A DNA stretch of 32,000 bases. It comes from Psychrobacter sp. DM4. GTDB taxonomy: Bacteria; Pseudomonadota; Gammaproteobacteria; Pseudomonadales; Moraxellaceae. Positions 26,391 through 32,000 of the stretch are shown here, one piece after another. Below the pieces are notes generated by a model. It ran no database searches. It saw nothing but the letters and a program-made list of their open reading frames with translations, and was not told the DNA's origin. Position 1 is the stretch's first letter. Every line of letters begins with the position of its first letter. Both the position numbers and the translations under genes were made by a program. The stretch lies in the NCBI RefSeq assembly GCF_051307035.1, contig NZ_CP195536.1, forward strand, positions 2,280,001 to 2,312,000, read 5' to 3'.

Positions 26391-27872
26391 ATGCTTATGA
26401 GTGTTACCGTATTTAACCCCCGTATAGATGACGCCGCTATTGCTAATAGCGCGCCTACGCTCAACGAGGCAAGTTCAGCGCAGTCCCCTGTCAATAAGGT
26501 CGTTAGCAAAAAGGTATTTATCGCAACCCAAGGTTGTCAGATGAATGTCTATGATTCTGACAAGATGCTCGATGTGCTCGGCGACTCACACGGTATGGAG
26601 GTCACTCACAACATCGATGAGGCTGATGTGCTCCTCATGAATACCTGCTCTATCCGTGAAAAAGCGCAAGAAAAAGTATTCTCAGAATTGGGCCGCTGGC
26701 GTAAACTCAAAGAAAAACGTCCAGATCTGGTCATCGGTGTCGGTGGCTGTGTGGCTTCACAAGAAGGCGATAATATCCAAAAGCGCGCGCCTTATGTCGA
26801 TATGGTATTTGGTCCGCAAACCTTGCATCGTCTGCCAGAGCTCTATGATCAATCCAACGAGCAGCGTGATATCGCACCCAAAAATCGCATTGGTACTATC
26901 GATATCTCCTTTCCCAGTATCGAGAAATTTGACTTTTTACCGGAGCCAAAAGTTGATGGCTACAAAGCCTTTGTCTCTATCATGGAGGGCTGCTCTAAGT
27001 ATTGCTCATTTTGCGTCGTGCCCTACACACGCGGTGAGGAGCTATCGCGTCCACTCGATGATGTTTTGGCAGAAATCGATAGCTTAGCTGAGCAAGGCGT
27101 ACGTGAAATTAATCTATTAGGTCAAAACGTCAACGGCTATCGCGGCGAAAAAGACGATGGCAGTATTTGCCGTTTCGCGGAGCTCTTGCATTATGTCTCG
27201 CATGTCGATGGCGTTGAGCGTATTCGCTATACTACTAGCCATCCGCTGGAGTTCACCGATGACATCATCGATGCTTACGCGCAATTGCCAGAGCTGGTCT
27301 CGCACTTGCACTTGCCCGTTCAAAGCGGTTCAAATGCGATACTCGCTGCGATGAAGCGTAATCATACGATTGATGTCTATATCAATCAGATCAATAAACT
27401 CAAAGCCGTTCGCCCTGATATTCATCTATCGAGTGATTTTATCATTGGTTTTCCGGGCGAGAGCGATCAGGACTTTCAAGATACGCTTAATCTAGCTAAA
27501 GCGCTAAACTTTGATCATTCATACAGCTTTATTTACTCTAAACGTCCCGGTACGCCCGCGGCAGAATTACCTGATGATGTCAGCTTCACCACCAAAAAAG
27601 AGCGCTTGGCCGAATTTCAAAAGGTCATTATTGACTCAACCCTAGCCAAGTCTCACGAGATGGTCGGTACGACGACTCGCGTATTGGTCGAGCAAGTTGC
27701 CAACCGTCACCCTGATTGTCTAATCGGTACGGCAGATAATACTCGTACGGTGATGTTCAAATATGATGTCGATGAGATGGATGAGCTACTTGGCAAAATC
27801 GTTAGCGTACGCGTGACTGATTTTGTCAGCCCGCATATGGTTAAGGGTGAGTTAGTTGAGGTGTTGGCTTAA
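26391..27872 (+). CDS. miaB: tRNA-2-methylthio-N6-dimethylallyladenosine synthase
   Basis: UPF0004 cluster motif [11 protein letters not shown], radical-SAM motif [15 protein letters not shown], and a TRAM domain at the C-terminus. Start is uncertain: TTG 26373, ATG 26391 or ATG 26397. About 40 aa of N-terminal extension precedes the conserved core. Confidence 0.93.
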   Translation: MLMSVTVFNPRIDDAAIANSAPTLNEASSAQSPVNKVVSKKVFIATQGCQMNVYDSDKMLDVLGDSHGMEVTHNIDEADVLLMNTCSIREKAQEKVFSELGRWRKLKEKRPDLVIGVGGCVASQEGDNIQKRAPYVDMVFGPQTLHRLPELYDQSNEQRDIAPKNRIGTIDISFPSIEKFDFLPEPKVDGYKAFVSIMEGCSKYCSFCVVPYTRGEELSRPLDDVLAEIDSLAEQGVREINLLGQNVNGYRGEKDDGSICRFAELLHYVSHVDGVERIRYTTSHPLEFTDDIIDAYAQLPELVSHLHLPVQSGSNAILAAMKRNHTIDVYINQINKLKAVRPDIHLSSDFIIGFPGESDQDFQDTLNLAKALNFDHSYSFIYSKRPGTPAAELPDDVSFTTKKERLAEFQKVIIDSTLAKSHEMVGTTTRVLVEQVANRHPDCLIGTADNTRTVMFKYDVDEMDELLGKIVSVRVTDFVSPHMVKGELVEVLA

Positions 27873-27892
27873 TACTTTATCAGAGTTGAATC

Positions 27893-27933
27893 AAAAAAAG
27901 CCGTTCGCTACTTGGTAGTGGACGGCTTTTTTT
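27893..27933. terminator. Bidirectional rho-independent terminator (miaB / LysE-family gene)
   Basis: A7 - AGCCGTTCGCTAC-TTG-GTAGTGGACGGCT - T7. The stem is 13 bp including two G-U pairs. Confidence 0.85.
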
Positions 27934-27968
27934 AATAAAAGCTGTCTATTTCTGAGCCTTATTCATGC

Positions 27969-28643
27969 CTAAAAAGTACTAGCTACTTCAACCAATAAAG
28001 CTATAGCAATCAGAATAAATATAACTCCGCAAGTACGGTTGAGCCAAGTCAAACGATTACCAACATCGAGCCAGCCTGCTAGTTTTTTGCCCCCTAATGT
28101 ATATATCAGCTGCCATATAGATTCACTCAAAAAGAAGCCTAACGTCAATAGTGCGTATTGCGACCATAACGGCGCAGCAAAATTGATAAACTTTGGAAAA
28201 AAGGCTGCAAAGAAAAGAATAGCTTTGGGATTGGATAGGGATACCCATATGCCTGTGCGAAACAAGTGCCAATTGCTGATAGTCGCTGTGATAGTCTCTT
28301 GAGCACTTGCTATGTCAGCGCTCATCTCCTCTGCATCTTCTATCAATCCACTACTATCGCCTGTATCACGCCATGAGACCACTCCTAGATAGATCAGGTA
28401 GAGCGCACCAATGACTTTGATAATATCGAGTAGCCAAGGCGACTGACGGCTAATAACATCAAGCCCGAGCAAGGTTGAGAGTAGTAAAATGAACAAGCCA
28501 AGACTCAACCCTGCTAGCGTCCATAACGTACGTTTGACGCCATAATTTAGACCGTACTGAAACGCCAGTAGCATGTTGGGGCCTGGGGTTGCGGATATAA
28601 AAAAGGTAGTGATAAAGAATACTGTGAATAGATGCCAAGACAT
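27969..28643 (-). CDS. LysE/RhtB family amino-acid exporter
   Basis: The N-terminal TPGPNMLL motif, six predicted TM segments and SNPKAILFF are typical of LysE-family translocators. Confidence 0.85.
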   Translation of the reverse strand: MSWHLFTVFFITTFFISATPGPNMLLAFQYGLNYGVKRTLWTLAGLSLGLFILLLSTLLGLDVISRQSPWLLDIIKVIGALYLIYLGVVSWRDTGDSSGLIEDAEEMSADIASAQETITATISNWHLFRTGIWVSLSNPKAILFFAAFFPKFINFAAPLWSQYALLTLGFFLSESIWQLIYTLGGKKLAGWLDVGNRLTWLNRTCGVIFILIAIALLVEVASTF

Positions 28644-28690
28644 TAGCAGCCCTTACTTTAAACTGGAACACTGATTCAATATTTGTATAT

Positions 28691-28719
28691 AAAAAGAAAA
28701 CACCGTCAATAAGACGGTG
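28691..28719 (-). terminator. Rho-independent terminator after argE
   Basis: The minus strand reads CACCGUC-UUAUU-GACGGUG followed by UUUUCUUUUU, about 30 nt downstream of the argE stop. Confidence 0.7.
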
Positions 28720-28749
28720 CATTTTATATTTATTCAAGACGTTAGCGTA

Positions 28750-29967
28750 TTAGCTAACCGTGCAACTCTCTAGTAACTTTTGCAAAAATGCATCACAACG
28801 CTCAATCTCACTCAGCGCTACAAACTCATCGGCTTTGTGTGCTTGCTCAATACTACCTGGACCACAGATAATAGTCGGAATGCCCGCATTGGTAAACTGC
28901 CCACCTTCAGTTGCATAAGCGACTTTATGCGACTTGTCATCACCTGTGAGTGCGGCTACTAAAGCTTGTAGCTCACCATTGTCGCTATCGGTCATTGCAG
29001 GAACGCTCTCTTCTTGCGTCAGCTCGATACTCGTCTCAGGAGACCTCGCCTGCATTTGCGCACTTATCTGGGCTATCTTTTTTCTGATAGGCGCAATAAC
29101 GTCCTCTTGGGTCATGTGCGGTAGGTTACGATAATCAAAAGTGAACTCGCAGAGGTTGGGAACGATATTGGTCGCCGTACCGCCCTCTATCGTACCCACT
29201 GACAGGGTTGAGAACGGGACATCAAATAAGTGGTCGTTGTCGTCACGACCACTAATCTTGTGAGCTAACTCATCGACATAACCGACCAGACGACTAGCAT
29301 AGCTAATGGCATTAACGCCTTGGCTAGTTAGTGATGAGTGTGCTGACTTGCCGTGCACACGGCAGCGATAGACAGCGATGCCTTTATGTGCCACCACCAT
29401 AGTCATCTTGGTTGGTTCCCCAACGATACAGTACTCAGGCTGAATACCGCGCGCCTTTAGATCTGCCAATATAAGCGGCGCACCTAGGCAACCTACCTCT
29501 TCATCAAATGACAACGCCAGATGTAGCGGACGTTTAAGCCGACCTGCTTTAGAGCGCTTTACCGCTTGTGGCAGCAGCGTCAATGCACAAGCGATAAAGC
29601 CTTTCATATCACAAGCCCCGCGCCCATATAGCTTATCGCCACGAATTGTCGCAGTGAACGGATCGGACACCCAGTCCTGACCGTCAACAGGCACGACATC
29701 AGTATGACCTGAGAGTACCAAGCCGCCATCTACAACATCAGCTTGCTCCCCTGCTGGGACGGTAACGAACAGATTGGCTTTGTTTTGCCTCTCATTAAAG
29801 GTCAAATCGACGTTTAGTCCTAGCTGAGCACAGTAGCCTTGGACGTCTGTGATAAGCGCCAAGTTTGAGTGACGGCTGACGGTATCAAAACCAATCAGAC
29901 GGCTGAGCCAATCAAGACTAAGTGCTGGATAACTAGAAACAGTGGTATGATCATGGGTTACAGTCAT
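28750..29967 (-). CDS. argE: Acetylornithine deacetylase (M20 family)
   Basis: SGHTDVVP, GRGACDMKG, SFDEEVG, GEPT and GPGSIEQAHKADEF align with E. coli ArgE. Confidence 0.85.
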   Translation of the reverse strand: MTVTHDHTTVSSYPALSLDWLSRLIGFDTVSRHSNLALITDVQGYCAQLGLNVDLTFNERQNKANLFVTVPAGEQADVVDGGLVLSGHTDVVPVDGQDWVSDPFTATIRGDKLYGRGACDMKGFIACALTLLPQAVKRSKAGRLKRPLHLALSFDEEVGCLGAPLILADLKARGIQPEYCIVGEPTKMTMVVAHKGIAVYRCRVHGKSAHSSLTSQGVNAISYASRLVGYVDELAHKISGRDDNDHLFDVPFSTLSVGTIEGGTATNIVPNLCEFTFDYRNLPHMTQEDVIAPIRKKIAQISAQMQARSPETSIELTQEESVPAMTDSDNGELQALVAALTGDDKSHKVAYATEGGQFTNAGIPTIICGPGSIEQAHKADEFVALSEIERCDAFLQKLLESCTVS

Positions 29968-30048
29968 AAGACATCCTTATCACAATAGAAAATTAGCAAG
30001 CATTAGGGCGTGTTTAACGGAGCGCTGTTGTAGGGCTATCATATGGAT

Positions 30049-30702
30049 CTATGATGGGTTATGTTGATTCATGATATCGATGACAGGCGGCATAGGTTTT
30101 GATAGCTTACTCTCAGCCTGACGCTCCTTTGTGGTTTTGGCATTAATAGCGAGTCCAGAGATGAGAGCGATGTCTTTGACAGCCTTACGCTTACGTGTGG
30201 CAAAACTGACTGGCACCATACGCGCGAACTCATAGATATGTAAATAAGACTCTTCACCGCCTTCAAAGTCCTCCTCTTCATCTAGGCGAATGGCCCCAAT
30301 CTTGGCAAGATCTGCTAGCATCTCGTTTTCATCAGCGCTGATTTGACAGTCAGTGATCCCAAAGCCCGTCATAAACCCATTAGCCCACTGTTTCAGTGCT
30401 ATCACGCGCTCGTACAAGTCATGTTCATCATCTGGCACCAGTGGCGTATAAGAATAAGCATCGTCTTTGTCCTTGAGCTGAAATACTATGTCTTCGCTCT
30501 CTTCTGTTAGCAGTGTCAAGGCCGGCTCTGGTAGAGGCGCAAAACTCAGCTCCTCAAATACCTTTGCCCAGACCTGCTCATCGGGAGCATGACAGGCCGT
30601 CATCAGTCCTGTCATAAAACCATGTACTTCACTAATAGACACATCATTCCAATCCTCAAATGCGCTCAGCCAAGTATTCCAACCAGAGATATTATCATTC
30701 AT
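30049..30702 (-). CDS. UPF0149 family protein (YgfB-like)
   Basis: EVHGFMTGL, WANGFMTGFG and an acidic DEEEDFEGGEES..IYEF segment resemble E. coli YgfB. It is divergent from zapA, as in other gammaproteobacteria. Confidence 0.8.
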   Translation of the reverse strand: MNDNISGWNTWLSAFEDWNDVSISEVHGFMTGLMTACHAPDEQVWAKVFEELSFAPLPEPALTLLTEESEDIVFQLKDKDDAYSYTPLVPDDEHDLYERVIALKQWANGFMTGFGITDCQISADENEMLADLAKIGAIRLDEEEDFEGGEESYLHIYEFARMVPVSFATRKRKAVKDIALISGLAINAKTTKERQAESKLSKPMPPVIDIMNQHNPS

Positions 30703-30903
30703 AAACGATCCTAATTATTAAAATGAGCTATGGGTTGTGATAACCAATAGCACGTTTTGTCATCATGTTGTGTTGTACAGTAATGCGTGCAATTACTTTG
30801 TTGATATAGATATTATGCGGTCACCTATGGCATTATTAAACATAGTATTGACTCTAACTACTCAAATTCATTTGTAGACGCCACTTAAGGATAAACACTG
30901 ACT

Positions 30904-31344
30904 ATGTATGACCAACTCAAAACATTAGAAAAAACGGTACTTGATATCAAAAAACAGTATCAAACAGTCAGTCATGAGCTCACCCGTCTCAAACAGCAGC
31001 CAACTGCTGATCCAAAAGAACTATCAGCGCTCAAAATCAAGCTCGATAACAGTGATAAAGAGCGTGATAACGCCAAAAAACAAGTCGTTGATTTTGATAA
31101 GCGTTATCAAAGTCTAGCAGAAGCACATCATATGATTGGTGAAGAGCAAGACAAATTGCAGACTCAAATAAGCACTGTAGAGCAACAGAACAACGCGCTT
31201 AAACAAAGTAACGACGAGCTACAGCAGCAAAATGATAAGCTACAAAAGCAAAATAGCGACTTGCAAGAAAAGAATCAACTTGCCGCTGAGCGTACGCAAG
31301 TGGTCTTAAAACGATTGACTCGTATCGATCAAACAGACAGCTGA
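30904..31344 (+). CDS. Coiled-coil protein, C-terminal half TIGR02449-like (ZapA-associated)
   Basis: Heptad-rich and Q/N/K/E-rich throughout its 146 aa. It ends ...EKNQLAAERTQVVLKRLTRIDQ, like the small coiled-coil protein encoded upstream of zapA in pseudomonads. Confidence 0.6.
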   Translation: MYDQLKTLEKTVLDIKKQYQTVSHELTRLKQQPTADPKELSALKIKLDNSDKERDNAKKQVVDFDKRYQSLAEAHHMIGEEQDKLQTQISTVEQQNNALKQSNDELQQQNDKLQKQNSDLQEKNQLAAERTQVVLKRLTRIDQTDS

Positions 31345-31436
31345 TAAACTCATATGGCTATCGGTTATAGCTGTCATTTGCATATTTTTTAAATAGATCG
31401 TTTACCCCATTATTCTTATACTTTGTAGGACTTATT

Positions 31437-31934
31437 ATGACTGACAACCAATCTGATGTATCAAACACTAAGACTGATCATGAACCGCAAACTGCTCAAA
31501 ACAGTCCAAAAAACGAAGCTCAAACGCAAGAAGCGGCTATTAATAAATCAGTAGTAGAACGCCGTGTGTCGGCGAACGATATATCTGATTCTTCGCAATC
31601 CTCTAAGCCTGTGCAGACAAAAGCTGCTGTCGCAAAAGAGCCACAAATGAAGAAAGTAGAGATTACTATCGCTAGCGGCAAATATCCTATCTATTGCCCA
31701 GTACACGAAGAGGAAGAGCTGCGCTCAGCGGTATCTTATATCAATACTTATGCGCTAGAGCTTAGAGCAGAGGCGCCCAATCTGAGCCAAGAGAACTTAT
31801 TAGTACTGTGTTGCTTGAACTTATATGAAAAAATAAACGGCAATAATAAAGATAATGAAGCACGTCGTAATGAGCATGAAAAGACACAAGGTCTGTTAGA
31901 TAAAATCATAAAAGACGCACGGTCTATTTTATAA
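31437..31934 (+). CDS. zapA: Cell division protein ZapA (with ~70-aa hydrophilic N-terminal extension, or internal start at 31647)
   Basis: The core VEITIASGKYPIYCP..EEEELRSAVSYIN....LR..APNLSQENLLVLCCLN is ZapA-like. Both ATG 31437 (AGGA RBS) and ATG 31647 (AAGAG RBS) are plausible starts. Confidence 0.85.
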   Translation: MTDNQSDVSNTKTDHEPQTAQNSPKNEAQTQEAAINKSVVERRVSANDISDSSQSSKPVQTKAAVAKEPQMKKVEITIASGKYPIYCPVHEEEELRSAVSYINTYALELRAEAPNLSQENLLVLCCLNLYEKINGNNKDNEARRNEHEKTQGLLDKIIKDARSIL

Positions 31935-31939
31935 ATTAT

Positions 31940-32000
31940 CCAACCACTGAGGGTGTTAACGATAAGTTTTGCCAGCATGAAAGTCTGCTTGATGCTCGTA
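31940..32000 (+). ncRNA. ssrS: Probable 5' part of 6S RNA (truncated by the window end)
   Basis: ssrS follows zapA in gammaproteobacteria. The sequence CCACUGAGGGUGUU..GCCAG resembles the E. coli 6S 5' arm (CUCUGAGAUGUUCGCAAGCGGGCCAG, recalled from memory). Only about 60 nt are visible, so the structure cannot be assessed. Confidence 0.4.

Noticed and set aside
28272-28367. Acidic ~30-aa central loop (DTGDSSGLIEDAEEMSADIASAQE...) in the LysE-family exporter
   Set aside because: The central cytoplasmic loop of this family varies in length. The protein is only about 20 aa longer than typical members, so this is not clearly unusual.
31351-31390. Weak hairpin (GCTAT-CGGTT-ATAGC) plus a distal T6 between the coiled-coil gene and zapA
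   Set aside because: The stem is only 5 bp and the T-run lies 14 nt away, so this is not a credible intrinsic terminator. The two genes are probably co-transcribed.
1-32000. Search by eye for CRISPR arrays, IS or transposase genes, integrases, tRNA/rRNA genes, toxin-antitoxin pairs and defence-system signatures
   Set aside because: None found. There are no regularly spaced 25-40-bp repeats, no terminal inverted repeats flanking accessory genes and no recombinase-like ORFs. The GNAT is PAT-like and lacks an adjacent antitoxin. Composition appears uniform, so the window looks like core chromosome.

Overview
This window reads as ordinary chromosomal backbone of an AT-leaning gammaproteobacterium. 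Gene order and protein style suggest a Moraxellaceae or Psychrobacter-like organism, but that is inference only. Positions 438-16047 form one long minus-strand array. It holds the distal dcw cell-division and cell-wall block (murG-murC-ddl-ftsQ-ftsA-ftsZ-lpxC). Upstream of that block lie a DUF2147 gene, gshB, pyrE, an orphan 327-aa gene, a YeeZ-like SDR gene and a DUF4105/Lnb-like envelope protein gene. The rest of the window carries ampD, murJ, a lipoprotein gene, a PAT-like GNAT gene, ribF, a DUF2789 gene, mdh, an RNase I/T2-like gene, slt, miaB, a LysE-family exporter gene and argE. It ends with the conserved ygfB | TIGR02449-like coiled-coil - zapA - 6S RNA locus, where the 6S RNA is cut by the window end. 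I saw no CRISPR array, transposase, integrase, tRNA or rRNA, and no convincing defence or mobile island. I therefore do not claim a clear novel multi-gene system. Five observations are most worth a second look. (1) A secreted RNase I/T2 homologue has all canonical catalytic positions substituted. (2) A near-consensus Fur box lies in the slt-miaB divergent region. (3) An orphan 327-aa protein has a possible Cys-His papain-like spacing and sits in an operon-like trio with the SDR and the DUF4105-barrel protein. (4) Short periodic repeats and palindromes lie upstream of pyrE, lpxC and ftsQ. (5) The zapA locus has enlarged proteins. All product calls rest on motifs I recognise by eye. No searches were run.
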